64,000 nt of DNA from Lingula anatina (lineage: Eukaryota > Animalia > Brachiopoda), in NCBI GenBank assembly GCA_051362555.1, contig CM120641.1:27658401-27722400 (forward strand), read 5' to 3'. Position numbers and translations under genes: made by a program. The stretch's first letter is position 1. Each line of letters starts with the position of its first letter. This document shows positions 36,201 through 47,760 of the stretch, piece after piece. The notes below the pieces were generated by a model that was given only the letters and a program-made list of their open reading frames with translations, had not been told where the DNA came from and did not search any database.

Positions 36201-39187
36201 CAATAATCCACAATCACATACCTGCATTAAAAAGTTTTTAAGATTACAAACTGTTAAGGGTTGAAGGTCAATGAGGATCACACCCAAAGAAAACAAAAGA
36301 CTGAAGAAGTTTACTTTCAAAATATGCGAGAACAAATCTACAACAGCATCTCCATTGTGTCAAGTATTTTAATACCTGATCAGTACCTCTGGCAGCTTTC
36401 TTTGAACTTATACCATTTTTTATTTCCCTCAGATTTTAGGAGAATACAGTCAGCTACGTGTGGTAGACGGCTTCAATATTCCAGATCTTCTACAAGTGTT
36501 TCAAAGGTTACTTGTCTCTTCATCCACAAGCTGTGATAGTAAAAGGTGGCTGCTTACAGCTGTCACAAAGCAGGTGCTACATTGTGAAAATTCAAAGGAA
36601 TGTGTCACACAGCTTGCTCAAAACCTCCAGAATGAAGATGATGCTGATATAAAACAGGTACAGGCCTTATAAACGGATTAGGCGTTTACTAACACTACCT
36701 GCAGACCTTTTAGCACTAACACCCATATTATAACCACACAACCCACAAATTAACCAGCACTAACAAAGTGGATGAATCTTAGTGCTAGGTATCGCTTTGT
36801 TGGTGCTTAATAATTGTACACTGTGTTGGTTATTTTGTGGTTAATATGGGCAGTAGTGCTAAAAGATCTGCGGGTAGTGTTAGTAAACGCCTTATTTGTT
36901 TATAAGGTCTGAGGTACATGTAGACAAATGATCAACCACTTTTATTAAAATAAATTTAAAAAATATATGTGTTGTTATATGATATTTGGTTTTGGCCCCT
37001 AACATTTTTTTCACATCTTATATAACATAACTATTGACTTTTTAAAGAGATTAAGAGAGCTTCAAAACTTGTGCCAAGAACCAATGACTATATTTGCTCA
37101 AGTTAGAACAGAATGCCAGAAGGAACAAGAAGAGGTTTGTATAAAATAAGTCACTTTATTCCATAAAAATCCTTAAAAATAAGGTTAAAAACATTTACTT
37201 AATACATCTCCTAGTAGTAGCATGTTTCATGTGTTATTTGACCATCATCTTCCTGTGTGAATCACGTGGAAATTTGACAAACTGAAAAGTATTAAACTTG
37301 AAAACTTAAATCAGATTTTGTAATAAAGTTTCTTCAAAAGAAATTGTTTACAGATATTTTAATTAGTTTACGATGTATAAAAAGCAGCATTTCTGTCCTT
37401 CTTCAGTTAGATTCTCTTATTAATCCTTATCTATTTCAGTATGACTTTTCCTTGTCATTCCTTGATAATTATGTCAGTGAAGCTCTGGAGGGTGGAGCTA
37501 AACCATATTGCCCCCTTCATTTAAGAAATATGAAACAAAAATCACAGGACACCGCTCAAGGTACTAGTACTTGTTAAATAAGGTTTAAATGGAGAAAAGA
37601 AGTTCTGTAGGAGATCAATGGTAATTGTTGTGAGGCATTGTAAGGTATACTAATAATATGAATACAAGTTTGAAATTTTTATTCACTTATGTGCAATACA
37701 GAATGTTTTGTTTACTTTTTTATTTAATCACTTTTGATACATAATTTGAAGTCTTATAATCTTTTACTCTTGTTGATAGAGAAAAAAAGGATGCAAATAA
37801 CATAACTAAGATAAATTTACAATGGTTTCAGAAGCGTCATTCTTCCAAGGTATGAATTTCTTGCCATATGAAAGTCCAACTGCGAGTATCTCATCTCCAG
37901 TAGGGGACACCTCTATGAAATCAGGCAGCTCAGGGGGCAGGGATAACAGGTGATGCTTATTATTATTATTGCATACAATTTTGCAAATAGATACTGTTAC
38001 AAATCTACATAAATTCAACATTTTATTTATTTATCATTTATTTGCATACAATTTTGCAAATAGATACTGCTACAAATCTGCATAAATTTTACATTTTATT
38101 TATGCATATTTATTTCTACGTATGCATATTTATTTCTACATATGTAATACGTTTGTGTTTATTATCAGTTAGCAAGTAATACATTAAAGTGTTTTTGTAG
38201 CATTCACCTAATTTTATTCAAATATGTTGTTTGAACTCACATAAAAATGAAAATATGTGTATTGTCGTTTATTCCAGAGATGGCGAATTAAGGTTAAAGG
38301 CTGTTAAGAAATTATGGGGACATACAGGAAGACTCGAACAAGAAGATGAAGTAGATCAAACACTCTATGAAGAAAACATAAGTGAGAAATGGATGGAGGA
38401 TAGGAAGGTCTCAGACAAATCACAGGTAAGCATTTTAACTACCTCATTTGCTCTGTTCACAACCAAATTGACCCCATTCAGAATAGTGGACTTACTAGTC
38501 CAAGAGTCAAATATGGCGACCCACTTCACTAATAGACATTGAATAGATATCCCATGGGGAAGAATTGAGGTGGGGTCAGCCATATTTGATCCTCAGACCA
38601 GTTAGTACCCTATTCTGAATGCCATTGATCCACGGACTAACTGAGCTGAGGATCAAATATGGCGCAATTAACTTGAAAGCTTGGGGCTCTCCCTGCAGGG
38701 ACGATACACATGGAAGACTGGGAATCTATTATGGAATTACCGACATGCTTTCAAATGCAAGCCATATTTGATCTGTGGCTCAGTTAGTCCATGAATTAAC
38801 TTGGTTGTGAATGCTCCCATTGATTGTGTGGTTCTGTTTGTCATCACTGAGATATGTAAAAGTGTTCATGTCTTCAACAGAGATCTAAATCTAGACCAAC
38901 CTTAAAAATCCAACCATTGGAATAATGTTGAAGCTTCCACTATAAAAGTCAACTGCCACATATGACATCAATTAATGTAACTTTTTCTTTTTGGATAGGA
39001 TCTTTCTCAGAGCTCTCCACCATCTCTAGAGCTAGCTGAGAAAAGGAGAAAGCAAGAGCTTGCAAGTGCATTGTTCGGGGGAATCACAAGAAGTGAAGAT
39101 ATTAAAAATGATTTCATTGAGAACCCTGTAATTTTACCTGTTGGTACCAACCAAACTTTACTGAATACAGACAACACAGAGAGATGA
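28585..39187 (+). CDS. AP4E1: AP-4 complex subunit epsilon (~815 aa, ~19 exons)
   Basis: Motifs MSDAVEKAFAAIPGL, SKYEEEQVVKREL, LGYDVSFGYISAVKLAQQG, GYLACTLFLHENHELVLLLINTIQKD, EIIRKKAVLCLFKF, YHHVPAPWLQIKLL, HQMTVIECLEDPD, YDFSLSFLDNYVSEALEGGAKPY, KQELASALFGG. Exons 28585-28731, 29481-29552, 30012-30135, 30445-30518, 30960-31081, 31887-32046, 32388-32554, 32902-32975, 33593-33715, 34017-34126, 34534-34673, 34919-35028, 35293-35435, 36433-36657, ~37049-37133, 37440-37560, ~37831-37948, 38278-38425, 38999-39187. Confidence 0.94.
28920..29134. mobile_element. MITE family A copy 2
   Basis: TAA|GGCTCTATTCCCATAGAT...ATCTATGGAAATGGGGTG|TAA; near-exact reverse complement of 44636-44850. Confidence 0.85.
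29890..29958. repeat. (TAT)n microsatellite
   Basis: Direct reading of the sequence. Confidence 0.95.
31483..31546. mobile_element. Tiny 64-bp hairpin MITE (Academ-like ends, tentative)
   Basis: CAGCCTGGGTACAGGTTA...CATAGTCA..TGACTATG...TAACCTGTACCCAGCCTG. Confidence 0.55.
31680..31847. mobile_element. hAT-like MITE (CAGGGG...CCCCTG)
   Basis: TIR CAGGGGTGGAT / ATCCGCCCCTG. Its reverse complement is embedded in each 394-bp unit (e.g. ~17594-17760). Confidence 0.75.
34143..34311. mobile_element. PIF/Harbinger-like MITE with a 3-bp TSD
   Basis: ATA|GGGTCTGTTCAGAACCA...TGGTTCTGAACAGGCCC|ATA. Confidence 0.75.
34674..34918 (+). other. U12-type (minor spliceosome) AT-AC intron of AP4E1
   Basis: Donor ATATCCTTTT at 34674, branch-like TTCCTGAAC at 34901-34909, acceptor TAC ending at 34918. 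Removal restores ...LTEK-YTTNVQWCIE..., colinear with AP4E1 AEKYAPDNAWFIQ. Confidence 0.92.
36661..36911. mobile_element. MITE with long TIRs and a 5-bp TSD (AGGTA)
   Basis: AGGTA|CAGGCCTTATAAAC...AGGCGTTTACTAACACTACC ... GGTAGTGTTAGTAAACGCCT...GTTTATAAGGTCTG|AGGTA. Confidence 0.8.
37969..38103. repeat. Local tandem duplication (~73 bp, two copies)
   Basis: TTGCATACAATTTTGCAAATAGATACTG.TACAAATCT.CATAAATT occurs twice. Confidence 0.8.
38456..38811. mobile_element. Nested or compound MITEs
   Basis: Outer inverted repeat TTCACAACCAA / TTGGTTGTGAA. Inner TIR pairs at 38476-38621 (family of 6447-6620) and ~38625-38795, both with TCAAATATGGC...GCCATATTTGATC. Confidence 0.6.
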
Positions 39188-39506
39188 TAGAATGTAGTAT
39201 TAATATTCAAAGCTGATATGTACTTGTTGACAATAAAATATAAAGGTTATTGTTCTTTTCTTTGCTTTTATTTATTTGTGGCTTATACTGCCTGTTTATT
39301 GTTGTTAATAGTATAAATTATTACTGATTTTTTTAAAATTTCATTTGATTGATTGTATGTGCTTTTTATACAGATTTCTTGGTTGTTGTATTTGTGCTGC
39401 CCTAAAAAAGGCCAGATGTACAGTTTAAATGTTATCAATTCCTTTATTTTATGGGGATAAAAGCAATGATATTTGCATGGCTAAATTATACCAGTGAAGT
39501 CTTTAA

Positions 39507-39758
39507 GACTGGGTTCCCACACAGAGATCGATCCATCTGGATCGACCTAACTCCCTGGGGGTTCAGGCTAAATTGCTATCAGCTCAAGAGGCTTACATGT
39601 CTGTCACGCCTACCGAATCAGCTAGGGGTAAAGATAAGTACCCCCCCACCCAACAGCTTTACTAGGCGTGACAGAGGTTTAAGGCGGTTAGTTTGATAGC
39701 AATCTAGTGAGACTCCCCAGGGAGATAGATCGATCCAAATATCTGTGGGAATGGTCCC
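39507..39758. mobile_element. MITE family A copy 3
   Basis: TAA|GACTGGGTTCCCACA...TGTGGGAATGGTCCC|TAA, with an interior homologous to 10944-11151. Confidence 0.8.
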
Positions 39759-41984
39759 TAAGGCAGCAAATATTTGACTAGAAAACTGTTAATGGGTAAT
39801 GCAGGAAAACGAAAAGGTGCAAATATATTCCTAAGGATTTGGCTCCGCTTTTTTGTTTTTCTGTTTTTGTTAGATGAGAGTGTTGTTCTTTGGTAACAGC
39901 TTAAGTGTACAAAGTGTTACATTTTCTGGGTTTGTAAAGAGGGAGTAAATTGTTGAAATAGTTCTTTCTGTTTGCTAAAAGCTTTTTGCCTTCTGGGCAT
40001 TAACTCGAGTACTTGTGTGGAGAAACAGAATACTTAGTTACAACTGTGTTCTATTCATTATAAAATTTCATTAAAAGGGGGATCTAGTTTTACACAAAGA
40101 AGTCTTTTGTGCTTTATTGTTATGTTGAAAATCCATGGAAACGTCTACATATTATATAAGCTGAAGGCCAACACTAAATTGTCTTCAATTTTTCAATACC
40201 AAGGGAAATAATAATAAAAATACATTTGTATGCTAAAACTTGTCATGTTTTCTCTCTCCTCAGGAAACATTTTTCAAGACAGATAGGTATGCTGTAACTT
40301 TGCCTCAACTACTTTATATTGTTGTATTTTGCCTGGTTTCACTCATCTTAAACCGAAAGGTTAATGAAACAAAAGCAAACGCTCTTTAAAAAAACTATTT
40401 AGCCAATGAACTCCTAAGGAGAGAACAGTTGCAAAGTCGCCCTAGTCGTCTTTTACTGATAGAGACCATTTATCTGGTTGTTGGTCGGTTGATCGATCCC
40501 CGATGAACTAAATTGAATGGTAATGGAACGCGTTATGTCAATGTATATCTTACTGCTACCGAAGCTCGCCAGTACAGGAAGCGATAACAGTAAAGGAGTG
40601 CAATCAATTTCCCCTTCCTTGTGCGTCGCACTCTGGAAAGTGGGTGACTATTTACCGAATGTTTGATGTATGTCTATGAGGTTTGAAAAGGGGGCTCCCA
40701 CTTGTCAATCTTTATATTTTGGAATATTTTGGCTTTGCCGTTTCGGAGATCTCGTGGCGTTTTTTATCATTCAATCGCCTTGGCAGTTTGAAGTGCATTA
40801 TTCGGTAATAATAATAATATATGTGTGTTGAATTTCTTTTCAAAGTCCTTGTACTCTTATAATGATATTTCAATGTAGGGGTCTTCCTTTTGAAGCCCCA
40901 TGTTTTCCGTATGTTTTTTTTTTTTTTTAGACGCGCACCTGCCAAATCGCTCTCTCCGGTATGTAAAAGACCTACTTTTTTTTTCTTCTTCGGTATGATT
41001 TATGGAACAGTCCATACATCATTCACTCACAGGTAGTTCTGACACCCACCCACCAGATTGACGTCCGCATATATCTTTCAGCATGCAAATGCATGGTTAG
41101 TCTGAAAAAGAATAACATTTATTTTTGATAATCTTTCACTGGTTGAAATAATTTTATTTTTCTCTATTTAAATTTTTTTTCGCATGAAGAAAATTTCAGT
41201 ACATGAATTATATACTTAGCTTCGGACATGATTGAATTTCAAGATATTAAGTTTATGTTCACATTTTCCTGCTGGATATAATATAGCATCCAGACTGAAA
41301 AAAAAAACGCTGGAGACCAAAAACGTACGCAATTTCTACCAGTATAAAAGCATGACAAAGAACTATTAACATATAGATTACACAAGTAGACAACAAATCG
41401 GACATTGTAGTCGACAATTGTAGAAAAAGACGCGTCATTTATAAGATAACTCTTCTTCCATTTAACGTTTTTATTACCCTGTGCTGAATTGCCGCAAGAT
41501 CATTCTCGCGTTGGGACAAAAGCACAAAGAGTGCACATAACCTTATTTTTTAACACAATTGTTTACTGTAACGGATGCAGCAAGTAGTGGTTATGCGATA
41601 GCTTACGCAGGTAGATATCATTGACTATTTTTTACTCCAAGCAATATTTCTTGACATAGAGCATGAAAGATGTATGGAGAGTGTGCAATTTGCCATTGCT
41701 TATGTAGACCCCGTCTATACCGGGGAGAATGGACCCCGTAACACCTAGGATATTAAGGTGCCAATGCGATAGGAAAAGTAAAGTCTTGAGTACCTTTATG
41801 TGCAGGGACGAATAAGTAAAGTACAAATAGAGGGAGAGTGGGTCAATATTATTTTTCTATTTTAAGATCACAGGCAGTCGGGACATGTAAAAACATTAAA
41901 TTTGTAAAACATTGTCTGCGCAACTAAAGAATTTGTATTGACTCTGTCTCTGACGCAGTTTTTGTTGATCTTGGTTTTTGTTTA

Positions 41985-42268
41985 GTGTCAATCTCAGCTT
42001 CACAACTTTTTTTCCATCTCAGTAGTAAGAGAAGGGAACTCTGAAGGGCACGAGAAGAATTCGAGGTACACTCCCGAAGACCGTGAGATCATCTCGAATA
42101 CGCTGCCCGCGCGCCCTGTGGCACGTAAAACCGCCTGTTCTTCGTCTTCATTGTGTTTATCTCGTTTCACTTTTGGCCGAAAGGAAGTGTAAATCACTGC
42201 CACCTCGCTTTCAGCGTGCAAGTGTGCGGCAGAAACCCAGACTGTATATTTTTGTATCCAGAGGCAAG
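41985..42268 (+). other. Probable non-coding 5' exon of the acetylcholinesterase gene
   Basis: CpG-rich segment ending in a perfect donor CAAG|GTAAGT at 42268/42269. The coding exon has an acceptor TTTATTTCAG ending at 47745, only 15 nt before the ATG, so an upstream exon is expected. Start coordinate is a guess. Confidence 0.45.
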
Positions 42269-44635
42269 GTAAGTCAACACGGCAGTAAATGATCAAAGTG
42301 TTACTGTGTGAGTTATAATAAAAGTAGCTATTTACACATAAATGTAGAATTTCTTTTATTGGTAATTGAATATGGTGGGTAACTGCTAGGGGCGAGTTTG
42401 ACAGCCCGCTGCAAGTTAAAAGTAGTTACTGACAACGTGCGACGTTTAAGGTAGGTGGGAAAAAAACCCGCTTATGATTGAACGATTTACCTTTGTATAT
42501 AACGCCTTCTTTCTTCTTATGATCACGGTAACAAAAGTCATAACGGTTTGAATGCTTTGAATTGGGAAGAGTGCATTTGGATGCCCAACAAAATAATACT
42601 CTGCTGGAGACGCTTTTTTTGCCATTGCATGCACAACAAACGACATTAAAACATTCGAAATTGGTGGCAGAGAGATGTGAGTCACAATGCAATACCCGGG
42701 CAATCGTTTCCGTCATCTGTCATATTCAGCCGACATAAATATAATGCTCTGAATAAAAAGTGACTGGCTAACAACTTATAATGTGTTATAATAACAGGTC
42801 CTGCGGAGAGATAAGTGGATGAATTAAGTCAGTTGTCATAAAGTTGAACCGCTTCGTACGAGTAATATAGCAAGAGCTTCTAAATGCATGTTGTATCCCG
42901 ATCTTGACTGGAGTTCGTGTAGGCCACATTACGTCATCTATTATTATATTTTATCCCGCCATTTTCCAATAACCAGTAAACACGCCCTAGGCGTAAATGC
43001 CATTTTACTTGTTTCAACTCATCTACGTTAGCTGCAAAATCACCACCCCACCCCATCCGCAGTCGACTGCCAAAAATTGGAAAAATACTATGGAAAAATT
43101 GGGAGAGAATCTTGCTAACCTCCAAGCAGCATTCAGAAAAAGTATAGATGATAACTCGCTCTTAAATAGATAACAGATTCTTATTTTAACTTCGTTGATC
43201 TTGCAAGCTTTTTACAGGGATGGCAGGCCGGCGTAAAAACGATCGGGCGCATGTAGGCGTAAATGTGTGCTAAAAACTGACCGCACTAGCCCGGGAACCG
43301 GAGCCACAAAAGATAAAAGATTGTTTGCTTTGAAAACGAATTGACAAATTACAATCAGCTGCTCGCGTAAGAGCCATGCATAAGGCCCGATTTAGTTTGG
43401 GTATTGACGCAATCAATCGGCATAGGTGAAACCTTGATACCAGCTGAAATCAGACACATTAGCAAAGCCGTTTAACAGAGCGAGGCATTTTGCGGATCAT
43501 TGTGCCTCTCTCATTGTACCCATCAATACGACCTTATACCGGGAAAGTTATCTTTTCTGCCGCTCGATTACATTCGTAAATCGTGTTCCGATGTATTAGT
43601 CATGAAATTGAATGGAAAATAGGTAGCTTTAACGCCACCCACTATGTGATCAACTGCTGCCAGAACCCAATTTGCTTCATTTACTTTTCATTAAGCTTGA
43701 GCCTAATGTAATTTATACATTGGGTTACGTAAAAATCAAGAGCTGCATTCCGCAGTTTCGAGCTGTTTTCAGTTCAAAGAAACATGTAACTCTGTCTTTA
43801 ATTCAGTCCCAAGTTCTGTGTGTATGACTGAATCGGTGCGTGATGCCAATCTGTGAACGGATTCTTAGCAAGCACTAAATATTTTACGACTCAGTTTAAT
43901 GCACCCATGATATTCGGTCCTACATCTGAGGTGAAATGTCAGTGTTCGTGAAAGTTTTTTTCTTTACATTATGTATTCATTTACGAGATACACCGCTTGT
44001 GTCAATTATCAAAGTATCTAAACTGTATATTTAAGCCCAAATAAATTCTAAAATTAAGAATTGATGACTGTTGCTACTGTATTACTGTAACCAAATACAA
44101 CACTGCAGCAACGATTATGTATAATCAGAACAAATAATAGCTTACAGCTGTGTTCTAACTATAGAACGTTCAAAGCATCATCCCTGCTCCCTATACACGT
44201 TTGAACATAATTATCCAGACTTCCAGATATTGCTGTCTTTTTGGCTGTTCGAATAGCACATAATTTGTAAAGGTTGTTTTGGTCACCGATCTTGTTATGT
44301 TATGTTGAAATTGGGGGTGCTTGTCCTAATTTTTTTGTGTACGTATTTTAACACTAGCATGTAAGATGTGATTAATCTTCTATCTTAGCACAAATGCATA
44401 GCGAGTAAAATAATCACTATGAAAAAGATGTTATTTATCTTCAATATTAACACAAATGCATAGCGAGTAAAATAATTATTGAATTCTCATCCCAAGATAT
44501 GCGTTAACGCTGTCATGTGAAATTCATTATGATTATTCAATTGGTGCACAGCCGTGCATTTATCTCCTTATAAATGTAGTGTACTGCAGACCATTGTTTT
44601 TATTTCACTTTCAGTATTACAAACCATATGACTAA

Positions 44636-44850
44636 CACCCCATTTCCATAGATTAGATCGACCTACTTTAGATCGACCTAACTCCCTGGGGGTTCACGCT
44701 AAATAGCTGTCAGCCGAGCGGACACGAAAGTTAATTACCCTCTTACAGCTTGTAGTAGGCGGGACGGACATTTAAGTCGGATTATCTGAAAATAATCTAG
44801 TAAGACTCCCCGCGGGGATAGATCGATCTAAAATCTATGGGAATAGAGCC
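44636..44850. mobile_element. MITE family A copy 4
   Basis: TAA|CACCCCATTTCCATAGATTAGATCG...ATCTATGGGAATAGAGCC|TTA. Confidence 0.85.
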
Positions 44851-47760
44851 TTAAAAGGTGTATGCAAGTCTCTACTATAATACAAATATGTAACAAAAGT
44901 ACTAGTGTTCTATGGCCTAGCGTGGAAGAGTAGGCGGTCTTGGGGCAAGGATTACTGGTATTTACAAGCATGATAAGTCCAAACTTAAGCAAATATATGA
45001 ATTTATTTCTGTAATTTTCGCGGCATGGCACGAACGAGTTGTTTTCGTTAAGTTGTTTCTGCATCATAAGGAGGAAATGTTTGTATTTATAGATCCTAAT
45101 ATCTTATCGTTGCATCATCCCATTTGAGTGATTTATCGTTATAAATCTGCAGGTTTGTGTTGCCTGGGAATAGCAGCAAATGTACAAATGTATATGTCAA
45201 TCACGAAGGACGCGCTTAAGTCGGGTTTTTCACATGATATTTAGCCCCACCACGTCAACTTAAAAATTTCGTATTAAGTGTTGGATCATATTGTTTGGTT
45301 CGAATGTGAGCTTCAGCTGGTTTATACGTGTTTTTACCAAGCGCATTTTGAGAACGTCATTCTAATGGGGCCCATTTTTACATATTTGATTATTCCATAA
45401 TTTCACTTAAAATATAACGACTAATTTTGTTCAAAATAAAAATTGAAACTGATGGGGCGAGTTTGACAAACATGCGAAGACTGGCTTTTTACTTTACAAT
45501 TTAATAGTCAGATTTAATAGTCACTATTTTTAACATACCGAGCCCCATTGTTATGCCAGTGAAAATATTAGTGTGTATTGTTAGTGTCGCACGTTTATAT
45601 TTGATCATTTATTGAAACGTGTCTAGTTATTTTGTCGTTTGTTAAATAGATGGAAGTTATTCATATCAAGATCTGTATTGGGTCTGCCATGCGCCACGTG
45701 TGGAGATTCGATTTCTTTTGAAACGTTCATCTTTTTCAATGAACCTTAATAATGCCTTTTTTATGTTACCTAAACGGCTACAAATACTTTGACGAAAAGG
45801 TCACTATCAACGTCATTTTAGGCATTAATTTAAGTTTATGAAGACCGTAATTTTATGATCCTTTCGCAAGATATTGTTTATGCACATTTAGAAAATAAAT
45901 AAAATATCGCATGAAAAACTTTTCCACACAAAAGAAATGTATCTTTTATAAGCTTCCAAGGTGTTGATAAGGATTTCCGAAACAATACTAAACTAATTTG
46001 TAAAATAAAGTCCTCTAATATAAATAGCACGGATTCTATATAATGGCATAAAACATCGTTTCTGTATTGATTCAAGCTATAAGAAAACTATTTATAGTTA
46101 TGCCCCTCGACATTAACTTGTGGCCGTTTTTTGTTGAGAAATGGTACAGGTGAATACTTTTATAAATAACAGTACCTTGGGAATGTTTCGCGCCTAACGT
46201 CTCATTTAGCAAAGAAAATATTATCCCATCGGCCGTGTGTGGGTTTTCCTGTAGGAATTGTCAAGTGAAGAAAACCAAAATGGGTCCAGTGACGTGTTTT
46301 TAAAGAATAGACACGTCCAGAGCAAGTGTCGTAATAATAATGCCCCCCTATCGAAGCTGCGTGGCTAAATTGACTCAGCGCACAGCACGCAGGTAACATT
46401 GTGATGTATGGTCCCTATCAGTGTTCGTTAATTGTTCATGTAACAATGCAGCAAACAACTTCAACGTTAGTAAACACCAAACGACAAAGCTGTAAATCTT
46501 CGACATTTAGGAGGCAGCTTTGTGAATTTGGTGTTCAATCCCCCTTGCTGACTGCAACCATCTGAAATAAGACCCCCGAGTAAATATTTAAAGACTAGCA
46601 TGGAGGTTTTAATCCGCAGCAAATATGTTACAGAGTCCTTTGCTATTTCTATCCAATGTGACGTTTACGAAGGTGTCGCGTTACCTGTGATGGCAAATAC
46701 TTGAATGAATTGATGTGCGCGAATAACTCGAACCTCTCACGTTCTGGTCAGTGACTAGGCGAAGGAATAAATAACCTCGTTGAAATAACACGATTTGATT
46801 AGCACAGATAGGATTAGTTAAAACCTACCCTCCAGGTCCGTCTGCCGCTAAATTAAGGTGGGTCTTTAATCTTGATAATTGCCATCTGAAAAGAGCTAAT
46901 GAAAAAGAATCGAATCACCGGGGAAGTTTTGGCCTACTGATATAGTTATGTAAAATGATGTAGAGTGTTCTGTTACGTGAGGTTGCCCCTGTGTTTCTTG
47001 CTGACGCCTAATATAACAGTACGCATTCTGAAGGTTCGCTCACTCCGATTGAAAGAGGTCACGCTAGGTGAAGTAGGTAATGTGTTTTTTATTCCAACAA
47101 CCAAAATGTTTTCTACGATTTACAGCTGTTCCTTTTTTGATAATCGATGAATGATATAAGTGCTTTAGGGAACCGTGTTACTACTTTAAGTTGAGGTTAA
47201 ATACCACTAGAAGCCCTGACCTTATGACACGTGGATCGCTTTACAGAAGAGATTTAAATGATACAACTCGAGAAGCCAGGTATTGCAGAAGTGAGAGGCA
47301 TCTAAAATTATCTTCGTGGCTGCACCTAGGCTTGGATTTGTTGCAGCGAACAGCCCCTATAACCGACAAAGTTTTTTCCCCCTTGAAGCTAGCTTCCACG
47401 GCAAATCAAATATTTTTCCTTTCTGACCGCCATCTGCTTTTAACTTCAAATTAGCATCTGGTGTTTGACTTTTCTTCGTCCGTTTTAGTTTTTATTTGAT
47501 ATCAACAGATTTCGTAAAAGATAACAGCGTGGATATCATTTTTGCACTGAGCAAACTTGGGCGGACTGGACACAAGTCAACGTGTCAATCATTCTAACCT
47601 TTACCGTGCATCACCTCACTCCCAGCCAACCGTGCTGAGATAGCCTTGTCATTCTTGACTGGGCACTTTCATCGAAGTTCATTCACGTCTTATCAACGTT
47701 CAATCAACATTACATGAGTGGTCAAACTTTTCATTTTATTTCAGGCACATAGAAGACACC

